A DNA stretch of 64,000 nucleotides from Nemertoderma westbladi (GCA_032718475.1 JAUCBJ010006937.1:124001-188000), one strand, 5' to 3'; numbered from the stretch's first letter, positions 34,357 to 48,468 are shown. The notes: generated by a model not told the origin, from the sequence alone. A program made the numbers and translations.

Positions 34357-34495
34357 GACCAGATTACATGTCATGCAACTCGGGCGAAGTAGTACCAGAA
34401 TCACATAACACTTGCGACGACAAAGATATCTCTCCACATAGAAACAAAATGGATTCAGTAATCGTTACTGGAAAATATCCTTGGCAAATATTCAG
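34357..34495 (+). CDS. Host beta/gamma-crystallin-domain gene, exon 3
   Basis: TTTCACAG| acceptor, phase-compatible, ..RNKMDSVIVTGKYPWQIF, donor AG|GTAATA. Confidence 0.7.
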
Positions 34496-34779
34496 GTAAT
34501 AAAATATTTTTTAATAAAGATCCTGCGATCACATCCTACAAATATTGAATTGAAATACCGCAACAGTACAGATCACTATGATCTTTATTGAACCAACACA
34601 TTTCAATTTTCGAAACTATTTTCGGAATTGGAAAGAAATTCTGCAAGCAAGCCTAAAAGATATAATAAGATTAAAAAGAAAGTATATGAATATTATATTT
34701 AAAAATTGAATAAATGGTACAAATACTGTATTATAATGGCTTTCATCCTTTACTGGAACGAATGTAACAAATGTAGCTA

Positions 34780-34945
34780 AGGAAACAGAACTGTGGAGAA
34801 AAGTTTACTGTGGAAGATCACCCATGGTAGTGAAGAGGCATTCACTTCGGAAACAGAGTGGAAGGGTTTACTGTGGAAGATCACCCATGGTAGTGAACAG
34901 GCATTCCTTTAGGAAACAGACTGGGTTTATTTTGGAAGATCGCAT
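34780..34945 (+). repeat. ~65-bp tandem repeat, about 2.5 copies
   Basis: GGAAACAGA..GTTTACTGTGGAAGATCACCCATGGTAGTGAA..GGCATTC repeated. Confidence 0.8.
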
Positions 34946-35633
34946 GGCACTAGTGTAGCCTGTGTCACCATTATTCTGCCTTTTTTATAGCTGTTTTTGA
35001 CTATTGATTTATGTTTGGAATATACACCATGACCCGTAATATAGTGTCATTTTCTGATGACACGGACCCCCACCCCCCGTATTTTTCTACAAATCTTTAT
35101 CATATTGCTTGAAATTTGAAACACAACTAGTTCCACTCACCGTCGATGACCCAATGAACGCGGAATATTTGATTTTGCCTTTAAATTTTTTTTATAGGCG
35201 TTTTAAAAAAAAGTCTTTTGCAAAATTGTACCCTTCATACCGTGGTCATTCTTCACATGAGTCGTAATTTCATATCATTTGAAAGCTTAGGTTGCAAGGA
35301 TTCGAAATATGTAACAATATCTGAATTTCGTTGAGAAACAGCTGAGATATAGGCGTTCAAAGATTGCAAGAATTATCGTTTGCTAGATGCCATTTATTAT
35401 ATATAATAAAAACACAATTGTTCTGGAACATTTTTTAAAGAATGAATAGCTACACAATAGAGAGATTGTATAGGCATACCACTGTTGCCAACCAACTCAT
35501 AAAATAAATAACACGTTCTAGAATTTTGTGTATATGTTAGATAGAATAAATGGCCTTATATATATGGCCGTATATATAGTAGCTAGGCATGTACCAGTCG
35601 GTGCGACATCATTATTACACATTACATTACACA

Positions 35634-36720
35634 TGGCGCTTGTGTAGGATTTTTGCATAACCGCAATACATCAATACAGCAGTAGGCCTGGTTCAAACAG
35701 AACTGCAGAACTACTGATTGACATAAAACTACACTGCCGCACCCTGGTTAACTCAATGTCATTCTTAACTGGTCAGTCTGGCTGATGGAATGGATCCGTA
35801 CATTCCTATTAAAATTAAATGCCCCACCATTTGATATCGAATTATCGCTGACTGACTGGTGTATATGGAAACTCCGCTGGACAGCATTCTTGGGCAATTC
35901 GGAAATAGAAAACCTCCTCGAGTGCGATCCGGCCCAACGCAATGGTGAGGTGGACACAGACCTTATGACAACATACCGGGAGTAGTCTGCCCGAATCCGA
36001 TACAATGCCTTAATGTCAGCATTCTCTACTTCAACAATCCATATCGTTGGGAATCTAGCAATACCGGCTGGATGCGAGCAGGACATTGATACAATTATAG
36101 AACACCTCGACCACTACATCAAAGGTGGTATAAACAAGAGGGAATATCGCAAACAATTTTCCGAACGTAAGCAACTAGAGTGCTTATCAGTTGATGCATA
36201 TATGGTCGCACTCAGAGAAATCGGTATAAAGTACAAGTTTGAGGTTATGGAAGACCCATTAGGAGACCGCCTTCTCGATCAACTTATATTTTGGCATCCA
36301 GGATACGGATATCCAGCAGAAATAGCTACCTATGGAGGAAAACACGAGACTAGACCAAGCACTACGAGTTGCGCAAACCCGGGAAGCTGCATGACAAGAT
36401 TGAGACAAAGTGCTCAAACATCCTTCGATACCAGTATCTCTCGCACTTACACACAACCACTAAAATCATGCACACCATCATATGGTGTGCGCAGCTGCCC
36501 CAATAATGAAACAGTTTGCGGTGCAAGTGGTTTACTACACATCGCAACAGTCACTGCCTCGGTCAATCTGCAACCTGTAAGTATTGCAACAACAACAACG
36601 TTCGTGAGTGTTCCTGATATGCGGCAGGTGTCCCGAGGCTTAGATAACACTCATAAGAACTAAACAACGGTTCGCAGGGCTTTTTCAGGTTAAACTCACA
36701 TAAACGCCTCGACAGTAAAT
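35634..36720 (+). mobile_element. Decayed Ty3/Gypsy (Mag-like) gag remnant with PBS
   Basis: ..TTACACA|TGGCGCTTGTGTAGGA LTR-end/PBS pattern; broken gag PPFD..W..W..RW, F..RKQ...SVDAYMVALRE, DRLLDQLIF. Confidence 0.65.
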
Positions 36721-38308
36721 ATTGTTCCCAAACGCTGTCCTTAAGGCAGTGTTTCCCCCCCCCCCCCCCCCCCCCCCTCCCCTACAATTAGTTGCATTAA
36801 CATCGAATGTTTGAAATGTGCTGTGGTAGTGGACTATAGTGAATTGCGCAGTTTATTATACTCACTCCACACAGCAGCTTACGTATAAATAAACTACTTC
36901 AATTACGTGTAGAATCAGTTATTGTGTAATTTGTGTATGTTCTTATTTTATTTGATATTGAGAACTGAATGCTTTGTCGACGAATTGTTAAAGAATTTGA
37001 AACATTACATTGTCCACGACGTGTAAAATCTCTGAACGTGTTGAGCTGTAAATACCTAAGTCCCCCGCGGGAGGTATAAATCTTAGGTTGGCGACACGTG
37101 AAGCGAAAAGTTGCAAAACAAGGAGAGCGTTATTGACAAAAGATAATATTGATAATCCCACGATTATTTGGTGTGATACTGTAGTTTGGTTTGATGTGTT
37201 ACAATATTATACTAACATTTGTGAATTTGTTGTGCAGTATTGTACGAATGCAGTTATTGCAGGTGCACATTCGTGAAAATCACTAGTGAGTTAAAGAGTC
37301 TGCTTGTGTGACTGTGGTTTAATTTAACATTATTAATCGTCAGTTTGTTAAGTCAGTGTGAATCCGAAACACCTGAGGTAGTGTTAAAGACATACTGCGT
37401 GCGAAACAATTAATTGCAGATAAATTACTACACTCATTACCATAGCTTAATAATTTAATTGGTATTTAAACGGTGTGTAACGGACGCTATTATCAAAATT
37501 AGTTCTACCTTTCGGTTTTAATTCAGTACAGTAACCAAAGTAACCCAGTACATATATTTTATTTTATTGCCTTATCGTACATACGTACTACTGTTGTATC
37601 AAATAACTGTTTATTGTTATAAACTTACAACATAGTGTTGCAAACCCCCATATTGTAAGTACGTTTTATTACCTACATACCATCGTACTTAATTATTATA
37701 TTCTTCTCTAGTCCTTTTTGTGGCGACTTTATTTGCAGGAGTAACCTCAACAGCATTCGTGCTTGGGACTAGCAAACAAACTTCCGCACATTATTCGAGT
37801 ACCAGTGATGTATTGCGATTCGCAATTTAATCCACCTCATGGCAATTTACATCTCGCCCCACGACGACATTCCATATCAGACAGCTTGATGCCAAACGGC
37901 TTCAACTCAGACCAAAACCCCCTTGTTTAACCTACCTAGTCGCGACATACTAATTTCCATTCCCACCATTGATGCTGATAACTCTCCTTATACTAGACAT
38001 AATACATCCCTGTCACCAATAACACACAATGGTGATTGGGTATTACTTACATTCATTGGCTTATCCAATTCGTGGAATTCAGATCTCCCCACCTTTCACC
38101 AAACAAATCACTCATACCTGACATTCTTGAATACCATCATTAGGTAGACAGCAGTTATTGGAATCACTGTAGACAGCGACTACTAACGGAGAGCTTTTGC
38201 GATACTTGTTACTCCCGTTTTATTTAACAGGGCGTTTTAATTTGTTAAAATAAAGCCACCCAGCGGGAGCAAAAGTCATCACATCTCCCAACAATAGTCA
38301 AATTATTT

Positions 38309-38420
38309 ATATTAAACGATAAAACAAAGGAAGGACTGTCAGCCACAGGTATGAAAAAACCATTACCTATTTTTTCATACCTGTGGCTGACAGTCCTTCC
38401 TTTGTTTTATCGTTTAATAT
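38309..38420. repeat. Perfect inverted repeat, 51-bp arms and 10-nt spacer
   Basis: 38309-38359 is the exact reverse complement of 38370-38420. Confidence 0.95.
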
Positions 38421-38596
38421 TTTTACTCGCCACATTCCCCAACATGAATTTTAATACAAATTATTTATTCTCTAGGTGGCGCAAATAGAAAATACCGCTA
38501 ACAATTAATTCTTTGCTTTACAGGAATAATATTTAGTAAAATCTATTTGTCGCTACTATACCTATTTTGTATAAGAAATTATATCAATTTAACATA

Positions 38597-41500
38597 ATGT
38601 CAAGATCTGATACAGAGACCGAGCCATCAGCTCGATGTCCGTCTCCCATAACTATCCCTATCACCGAAATCCTTCCCACTGCTAATCCAGTTGCACCACC
38701 CGTCCCTAGCAAGAAATCTTGGGACAGGTCCCGTATAAGAACTAGGTAGTTTACTGGAGGGATTATGAACAATGAGAATGTACAACCGCTCGCAAATGAT
38801 CCTGTCCAACTTGGAGTGAGTTCACCACCACTATTAATTATGAACACATCTCCCATTATGTTTGCCCCCTCACCTAGTAACAATGAGGAATTGCATCTCC
38901 CGGTTGATAGCACACATTCTCAGAGCCTAGTAGATGAGACCGTCCCGGCTCACCCACAGGCAAGACTAGGCCGCCTGTTGGAGGAGATTGACAGCTACCG
39001 GGAAAGAATAGCAACTGGAGCTATGGCTACCAAACAGGGAGACTATGAGGAGGAGTTACACAATCTGATAAACTCACACTATAACCACCCCGAACTTCAT
39101 AGGTTTTTCCGGTTTAATGACATGACGTGGGCGGACTTATATAAGCTCAAGGTTCCCCAAGTCCCATGCAGCACGGGAGAACTATCTGCATTGGTTTATG
39201 GCCAAGTGACTGAATTTAACCAGCACATAGGAACTCTTATGTATGAGTTGCAGACTGTACAGCCTGACCCTAGAACTAACCCAGCTGTATACTTTAAGGT
39301 TAAGGAACTAGTCTGTAGAATCCATTTAGTCTTGTCCTCCTTCTGGGAAGTGTCTAGCAGACATCTGATGCCGAATTACCTGCCATAGTCGGCAGGCAGT
39401 TAGCAGAAGAAGCTGTAATAGCTGGGAAGGCACTTGCCCTTGAAAGGCTATATGGGCCGACCATGCCCCCGGGTGTCGATGTGGCTGGTTCTGGTACAGT
39501 AGCACCGCAAGACATGCGCACAGACTCGGAAGATTCCGATGAGGGTGAAGGCATGGACGCAATATCAAGACACCTACAGCATTACATAGCTATAGTAGGA
39601 GAGGCTGAACTACGTAGAAGGTTAAAGGGCCTAGCCCCCTCTAGCCACGAATCCATGGCAGTTCTAGACAGAATAGAAGCCGAGCGTGACATGCAAGCAC
39701 AGGCAGAAGAGCATGCAGCTGATAAGGAGATATTAGAAATGAAATAGCAGTTGGACACTAACCAGCAATGTAATAAACTACAGTTGGAACTAGCTAAGGA
39801 AACGTCAGAACTAGCTAAGGAAGCAGTTGAGTGAGAGCTAGAACTAGTTCAGGAAACAGCTGAGCAAAAACTAAAAGCAGTTAAAGAAACAGCTAGATTG
39901 CAGTTGGAAGCTGACCAGCAGGAATTATCTTTGAGGGATCGAATAGCACTGAAACGGTTAAGTGAAAATCAGCGCAAGGAAAAGTTGGGTTCAAATTGAG
40001 GATGAGATAGACCGAATAGAGGGACTTATGCTTCGTCGGATGAAGGAAACTCCACCAACGCTAGTGAAGGTGGTAGCTATTCTCGGGGCAGACGAAAGAG
40101 AGCTGTTAGAGTGGCACTACTGGACCTGCCTCCATATAATAGATACAGAATCCCCCCAGAGCCAACTGATTTAAACCACCCAAGATCGCAGGATTCGAGG
40201 CTCCCCCTGGGCAGGTTACAGGAGGAAGACGAGCCGAACGATTTAAGATCTAGGGTTCAAGATCTATATAGATCCACGGGAACGGCAGCCATTCCACATG
40301 GTAGCACCCCCATTGTGTAGTGTATCAGCTGGGCCGATTGACCCAGTAGTAGTTCCCCTCACAACTACAGCGGCAACCCCTTACCGCAATAGAAACATCA
40401 TACAGCCAATAGGCCTCATCTCGAACCATACACCTCATATGAGTCGTCTAGAACCCTCAAAGCCTAACTACTTGTCTAGCACTTTAGCAAAGACAAGGGA
40501 TGAAAGGTGTTATTCAACACAAAGGCAGAGATGAGTCCTTCTCAACCATCTATTATAGTCAGCGAAACCTACCGGATGGCAGGCACCTGGCTCCCGGATC
40601 GACCCACTTACCCGCGACCGCTCCGGTAGAAGTGGGGACCCGGCATCCGGGGCCAGGAATGCTGTTGTCATCCGGCAAGGGAGCACCGGTCATAAACGAC
40701 GGGCGTGGAGAGACCTACCCCGATGCTGTTGTCAGGTTTGCACCAGACGCTCCCATTGAGGTGTTCCCGCAAGGTGACTTTATTACACCTCCAGAGGCTT
40801 ATGCGTCCCCACTAGACACCAACCTACATTACACTTGCAATCGCGTGCGAGAAGTCAGACAATCCAGATCCCTGGACAGCGATAACTCACGAGAAATCAT
40901 TGACTCTCTATTACAAAGAAATGATTCCTTGTCTCATGAAAACGAGTCTCTAGCATTAAAGACTGGTAACTTAGAACAACAAATAGCTTTAATGCAGGAC
41001 CATATCACACTAACCAATAGAAAAGCAGACCCACAAGTAGCATTACAGGGCGTGGAAATTCTGAAACGTGCCTCAAATGTAAGTGGCATCCATTCCGAAA
41101 ATACGGCATATCAGAACGACCAAAGCTCGCATCTAACATAAATTCTATTAAATTCTTCGGCAGTACAAGCTGACTTAACCAGACAAATGGCCAGGAATGA
41201 AGCCAGACAGTGCATCCCCTCAGGTCAAATTTTAAAAAAGACAGTATTATTGAGTCCCCACTAAGCGAACGTGAAAAGCTTAGGTACCTGATAAGCTGTC
41301 TGGAAGGACCCCCAAAACAGATGGCTGCAAAATATGTTGGTCATATAGACGGCATTAACACTGTTTGGGATACCTTAAAGGAGCGGTATGGGAACGAAGA
41401 AAGTTTGGCACGTAATATGTATGACAGATTAATCACTAAAAAGCTAAAAAAAAACTAAAAATCACTCAAAATGGGATTGTAGAGTTTAGGGATGAAGTGG

Positions 41501-44500
41501 AGGAAATCTGTCGCCAACTCGATTGGCTTGGACAGAAACACGTATATGATACTGTTATGATGGTCCAGTTTGTTTCTAGTGCATTGCCCAAGGGTTCTAC
41601 GGGAACCAGATGGGATAGATATACGTATAACTATAAACTCAAACATGGATGCTTCCCAGATATGGACTCATTCAGAAGTTTCTTAAAGGCAGAAACCTCT
41701 ACTCACCTCATCACCATAAATCGGGAAAAGAGCACCCGTTCTGACACGAAGGGTACCGATAAAGCGACAACCAAAAGGTGGTATGCCTATATCACTAATT
41801 ATGAGGAGTGTCCCTCCGATCGCTCTGATACAGACGCCGAGGAACGCGAAAGTGTGTACTAAAGCGACGCAAATTCTCAAAATGATAGTAAGCTAAATAG
41901 TCAGGGCAAACTCCCCCCAAGTCTGTTAATTCTGCAAAGAAAACATCCAAGGACAGTCGAAAATCAGCTTCTTAAACTTACAATATGATAACAGCTGGTA
42001 GCACTGTACCTAAGTGTTCTCTTTGTAAAACAGACTCGCATTCGCTTGCGAAATGCAATGCTTTCTTAAAGAAAACCCTGAAAGAGAGACGGAAGACAGT
42101 CTTGGACTTGTCAACATGCTTTTTATGCCTTAAGCCAGGACATTTACGACGTAAATGTAGATTAGTGGGTATAAAGACTTGTCCAGTGTGCCAAGGATCC
42201 CATCACCCTTTATTGCACCAAGACCAACCCCCTAAGGAGGAGCCGGACCAATATGTGCACTTTACAGACTTTGAGACTGACTTATCTGATGAGGGACCAG
42301 ACGCCTTCCTTCCAGGTGAGATTTCAGATGACGACGAATGCTGCAACCATGTTAGCATATATGAAGCCTTCACCTATGAAGAGTCTGCGCTGGATGACTG
42401 CTGCAAGGTGGAGAGCAACTCCAATGCTCGATCTTTCCAGGATGTCGGAGTCCGAGAGTTCCCAATAATTCAAGTTAGACTCCATGCGGGAATTAATAGC
42501 GTCATAGTCAACGCCCTCATGGACACCGGAAGTACAGGTACTTTCATTGATGCAGAGCTGGCAAAATTCTTGTTTGCTGAGGAGTAAGGGCACGACATGA
42601 AACTAACATTATCTGGGATAATGAAGCGTTGGCAATCAATGATCGAGACTAGATATTATAAGGCATCTCTATCGACACCACAGTAATGTAATGAAATTAT
42701 AGCGAGAGAGGGCACGCCGCCGACCCTGGACCAATCGGACAGCGATGGTGACACGTCCCTATCCTCTGACCAATACCGTTCGCTTCCAAATTACTGCGAA
42801 CCTGATGACACATTACCGATCACAGACCAAGAACTCCTTAATACGCAATTAGAACTGTGCAATTTGTCAAGCACACCCTCAGAACTACAACAGGAAACAA
42901 ATGATCTTAACGAAGCATGGCATCTTTTGAAACTTGAAGAACATACTATCAAGAGGGTGCAGCAAGAAGCCCTTGAGCCCAATTCTAACGATAAGGCGTT
43001 ATCAGTAGAAGAGGAGCGAGCGAAACAGATCCAGAGAACCACCACTAAATTTCTGCCAGAGCAAGGCAAGTATGAGGTAGAGCTTCTCTGGCGGTCCCCG
43101 CAACCTAAGCTATTTAATAATGAAACACTAGCATACAAAAGTATTTCACAATTGGAAAGACGCCTCGCAGACAATCCCACCGCCCATGATCTTTATAAGG
43201 AACAAATGACAATATTCATAAGTAAAGGATATGCGGAACTTGTTCCACCCGGCGCTCACAGGACCGACCGAAATTATTACCTTACTCACCACTATGTTGA
43301 ACGGGAAGACAAACCAGGATGCGTTAGAGTAGTATTTGACAGTTCAGCTAAGTACCAAGGACAGTCCCTCAACTCTGAGCTATTACCCGGACCCAACTTG
43401 TTACAATCTTTGCCCATGCCCGGGATACTAATACACATGAGACAATACACCATCGCCTTTGCTTCGGACATAGAAGGTATGTTTCTGCAAGTGAAAGCCT
43501 TTGACATTGACAGGGACAGTATGCACTTTTTGTGGTGGACAGAAGGTGACTTGAATTCCAATCCAGTTGAGTATCGTATGACTATACAGGCGTTCAGTAT
43601 CATCTCAAGCCCTTCTAACTCGTGCTCAGTGTTACACCGGACAGCTGACGATCATCGGGATGAGTTCCCACCATCCGTCGTAGATAATTTCAAAAGAGAT
43701 ATTTACATGGAATAGGGACTGGATAACTTGAAATCAGCTCCGACGGTTAAGGAGGCCATAGATATTGCCCAAGGGATGGTCAACTGCCTGAAGCTTGGAG
43801 GATTCCACCTGACGAAATTTAACAGTAATTCTCGTGAATTCCTGAAGGTAATACCTCCCGCAGAGCGTGGCGATACAGAGCTCGACTTAAATAAGGATGA
43901 TCTGCCTGAAACTAAGACATTAGGGCTCCGTTGGTTGACTGAAAGTGACACTATGGTGTTTAAAGTTAAGCTAAGTAAGGACGACAGTCGAACTAAGCGC
44001 GTTTGCCTCAGCATCCTCAGCACTTATTTCGACCCCCTCAGCTTTATTAGCTCAGTTATACTGCTGGCCCGAGACCTAGTTCAGCGTATGTGGAGTGAAA
44101 ACGATAGTTAGGACGACCCCCTGACAGGGACACTACAAGAGGACTGGTGGAAATGGGAACAGTCCTTGCCTGACCTAGAAAGGTTTTCCTTACCCAGGGC
44201 ATACTTCACAAATGTAGACTACCTGCAGACTTTTGAACTCCATATGTTTGGTGACGCGAGCGACAAAGGTGTCGGGATTGTAGCTTACTTTAGATGTGAA
44301 ACCTTAGATGGTGTCTCAGTAGCATTAGTTGCCTCAAAGGCTTTGATAAGACCAATAGCTAAGATAAATGACACCCTAACTATTCCCTGAGCCGAACTTA
44401 AGGCAGCCGTATATGCCACTATCATCGCTAAGAATGTGTTAGCGCAGACAGACTAGAAAGTAATAAGGACAGTTTACTGGACAGATGCTGCTTTGGTTTT

Positions 44501-45415
44501 AGAATATCTGACCAACACGACATGCCAGTTCAGTGTATATGTGACGAACCATGTGGCACGAATATTGAAAGAAACAAGTGTCGATCAGTGGATCTGTCCA
44601 GGATTGTTAAATCCCGCTGACATTGCGTCTCACGGTGCCACCCCCCAGGAACTGATAGACGCTAAGTGTTGGTTACAGGGACCTGCCTTATTGCGAGGCC
44701 CTGAGAATAGTTGGCCCCGAAACTTAACAACTGCAGAAATAAGGCAACAAGCAAAGGGCCAAAAGAGTCAAAAAACAAAGCATCTTAATCAAAACTATTC
44801 AGAAATATAGACATATCTTCACAGCATATACGCGAGAATATAAGTCAACAAAGCCCCCCAGACAGTGAAGCCCTTATTACCCTTTCAGTCCCAGATTCGG
44901 CTGGTGGCCTTTCACCGCTCATTAGCAAAGCCATGGACCATTACAGTTCCTGGCACAAACTCTGCCATGCCCTCACAATTTTAAAACGATATGTTTATAT
45001 CGTTGTAATAGAGCGAAATTCATACAAGGCAAGTTGCTGGATCACGAGGTAGACTACACAAATAGACAATTACTCAGAGTTTCTCAAGTCCAGGAAGGGG
45101 CATCAACATATGACTACCACCTGAAACATCCCGCCATACAGTCGAACGATAAATTTTCTAGTGTGATGTTCGACGGCCTAATCAGAGTGGGAGGCCGACT
45201 TACCAACGCCCCCCTTTCCCGTGACACAATATTCCCTATTATTATTTACGATCCCGCCATTCAACGTAAAATAATACAGGATATGCACAATGAGCTGTTG
45301 CACGCGGGTAGGGAACACATCCTCAGTGAGATACGTACCCACTATTATCTTGTAAAGCTCAGGAAGGCCTTAAACAAAGTCTTGTGCAGCTGTTTACCTT
45401 GTAGGAAACCTTGTA
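38597..45415 (+). pseudogene. gag-pol: gag-pol of element C
   Basis: Many stops and frameshifts; CSLC..H..C, CFLCLKPGHLRRKC, LMDTGS, DIEGMFLQV, FGDAS, NPADIAS; ends after the IN HHCC finger. Confidence 0.9.
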
Positions 45416-46119
45416 AGATATGTCAATTAGTTGGCTTGAAACTTCAAGAATCAACATAGCTCGATATTGATTAATACAATATCACATCCATAAATCCGTT
45501 CAAGTCACTGTAATAATGAGCATTACGGGAACGGTCACGGTCCATTTTGTGGCTCTCTCCCAAGGGATGACTAAACTTAGTTTAAGTCACCAGATCGCGT
45601 AAATCTTTATTATGTTATTTATTAATAACTTAACATCATCAACCCTCAATTATGACGTTAATATCCCGATAGTACAAACACCGATACTATACAGACAAAC
45701 ACTACATTAAAATAAATAAATTAAATAATAACCAACAAAAACGTAATAATATCACAGTAAACCCAGATCTGTATGAATGAGCAATACCCTATCCTACCGC
45801 TTTATTTACCGAATGTTGATCTTCGATAAATTAATAATTAACAGCCCCTGTTGCCCCTGTTTTTTTATTAAAGTTCTAGAGTTTGTCGTATTTGCTAAAT
45901 TTAATATCTTTAAATTAGTGAGTATCTATGGAAACTAATATCAACATTCGGGAAGTAGTAGATTTGTGATAAACATTTCACACCGGTCAACCGGTACGTG
46001 TTGTGATATTGTGTACGTTAGTTTACATGACAGTATGAATAGCAACTGCTCTATGTGTGTTTACTGTAGCGAACCGAAGCCTTATTGCTGACTAACTATA
46101 ATTACATTGCGATATTAGT

Positions 46120-46315
46120 TACCCCGACGAATAGCCCTTGGATAAGACCAGCCTCAAGCTTTTCCTGTGGATGACAGCCGTTGTGTCATCCACCCGTTCA
46201 TCCAAGCCTGTTGGATAGGGAATTGGTGTAGCGGCGCTAACGTGGCCAGGGGCAGCTCGGGTCCGTGTCGGGCTGGGGGAAAGAGGGCGGCTTGCCATTG
46301 CCGACCCGTGCGAAA
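46120..46315 (+). promoter_or_regulatory. GC-rich structured leader upstream of ORF3 of C
   Basis: Stems CCCGAC/GTCGGG, GCCCTTGG/CCAGGGGC, GTGGATGACA/TGTCATCCAC, ATCCAA/TTGGAT; counterpart in D. Confidence 0.55.
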
Positions 46316-46319
46316 CTTG

Positions 46320-48468
46320 ATAACTAGAACAATAATTAATCAACTAACTCAACAACTCAACAAACTCATTATCCCAAAGGTATTCACCCCGACCCGATAG
46401 AGGAGCTTAAACATTTATATCATACAATGATGTATTTGACCGCAAGTAGACCTTTACCTGTGCTACCGGACCGTTTCGACTCTGTGGAAGAATATTGTAA
46501 AACCGGGGCTTGATCCCCGCACGTGAGACGCGAGGACTTTAAATTATGGTATTATTGCGACGATTGTCCGCATCCCAACCACGACGACCACGCGCGATGG
46601 GGTCGATTGGTCAACCACCCCCGTGAACGCTGTCCTAAACATAGCTACACGCGTTTCACATACAGAGGGTAGGAGCGCGATCTATTCGGCATCGATGAAC
46701 GAGCCTTAAAGAAACTGCGCAGAATGGAGCGTCTGCCTGCCGATGTCCCGCGTTTTTCAGTGCGACCTCCAGTTCCCAAGGTCCAACCGTCCCCAGGTCC
46801 TGTCTCAAGATTTTGGCCCCCTAGATGAGGACTATTCCGAATATTTAGATATGGTTCTACCAGAACAGCTGATTCCCCGAGAGGAACCGGTAATAACTCC
46901 GATGATCCCACCCGGACTCGGAAGAGGATTTAGGACGGACGACTAGAGCCGTAACACCATGCGAACAGTTGATACCAGGTGTAGTTTTACCTCCTCGCGA
47001 CGAAACCACCCAGTTAATGATATCATCCAGTCTGGCCGGCATTCATACGCGTTTATCCATGACTCCATCTGGTACCTTATTAACGGAGCTCGCTTTGTTG
47101 GAGGCTACGGACAACGTCGCGTTTCAACTGGAAATCAAAACGTTGAGAACCCGTATCTTACACTTATCACACATTTTATACTTATAATCCTTCTCGGATT
47201 TTCTCTCGAATTTCCAAGCCGAAACTAAGGAGAAAGAATGGCGTGAAGAGGAAGCGATAGCGTTAGAGGATGCCGAACTTACCGCTTATCATCAACCTTA
47301 TGTTCAGTCCTTAATGAAAGGCTTCTAGCCTAAACGCTATGTCCACCCTTCCATGCAGCATAAGGTTTTCGGCGCTAAACAGCCGTGTATCTTCGGTGAA
47401 CCCGCCGAAACCACCTGCGCCATCGCTGATGTCCCGGTATTAAAAACGCCTATACTGGAATCACTGCGTGTAGATGGCAAACTAGTTCCTCCTTCTCGCA
47501 CTCGAGCTGACATAATTCGAGAAAGGGACCATGGAATAAACGTATCGCGTTGCCCTCTACACTACCCCTTTTATGGGATCAAAGACCATCCTCGCTTCGT
47601 GATGCTCAAGCAACACTATGTAATACAACCCAAGCACCCCGGACAGAGTATGGGATTTCTACCACTAGTAAATCCTTTGGACATCGTGGAATTAGAAACT
47701 TTACATCAGCATTTGGACTCTTTAGTAAAATTGAACTCATTTAAAAAACCTTACAATATTGTGACCATAGAAGCTAGCCCGTGTCCACCTTCCAATTTAG
47801 AAACATTTATGGACTACCGCCGTTTAGTACATTGGAATTTGGACTTGACATTCCTGGAGGATGACCTGAAATATATTGAATCCAATATAAACTCCCATGA
47901 GATGCCTAGTTATGAATCTATATGGATAGCGTGTGGAGAGCCTGGTTCACTAGATGCTCTATGGAAGCCAGTGGAATTGACCACTGAAGTAGCTAACTCT
48001 GAATGGTCGCATACAGTCAACATTATACACAGTTGTTGTATACACAGTGTTATGATATATGACAATGAAGGCTCAGTGCCAGACCATGAACTCGGTTCAA
48101 TACACATACGTGGTCTCACTGGAGCTACGCATGTTTTCACGCATACTTGCTGCGGCACCGATAGTACTTTTCCCACCTTGACTGCTTATCAGCGCCGTAC
48201 GAGACACCAACACCAACAATTCGTCAAAGCGGAGGCTTATGTCAATGATTCATACCGACACCCAGCTATGGGAATCGACGCTGCCCTGTTACCGCAACCA
48301 GTGTTAGATATTCTGTTAGATGAATCCGTATACAAACTTGGTTCAGACATATATCGGGATTTAATGGATGACTTCCCTATTGTCCATGATATACCATATC
48401 CTTTCGTCGACACTCAAGTTGTAAATGCTTTTGCGGATATAACTAGTCATTTTCCCCGTAAAGTACTC
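46320..48468 (+). pseudogene. ORF3 of C: zinc module plus exonuclease, truncated by insertion
   Basis: FKLWYYCDDC..RCPKH (~46540-46640), VLPEQL..GLGRG, IYDNEG (48058-48072), LLPQPVLDILLDESVYKLGSDIYRDL, FVDTQ; homology stops at 48468. Confidence 0.85.

Larger units (their letters stand above)
36790..48468 (+). mobile_element. BEL/Pao element C, decayed, integrase core deleted, interrupted by D
   Basis: Fragmented gag-pro-RT-RNase H homologous to D; ORF3 remnant; 5' boundary uncertain. Confidence 0.85.

Noticed and set aside
35020-35420. Possible DNA-transposon or MITE fragment
   Set aside because: No matching TIR or TSD found
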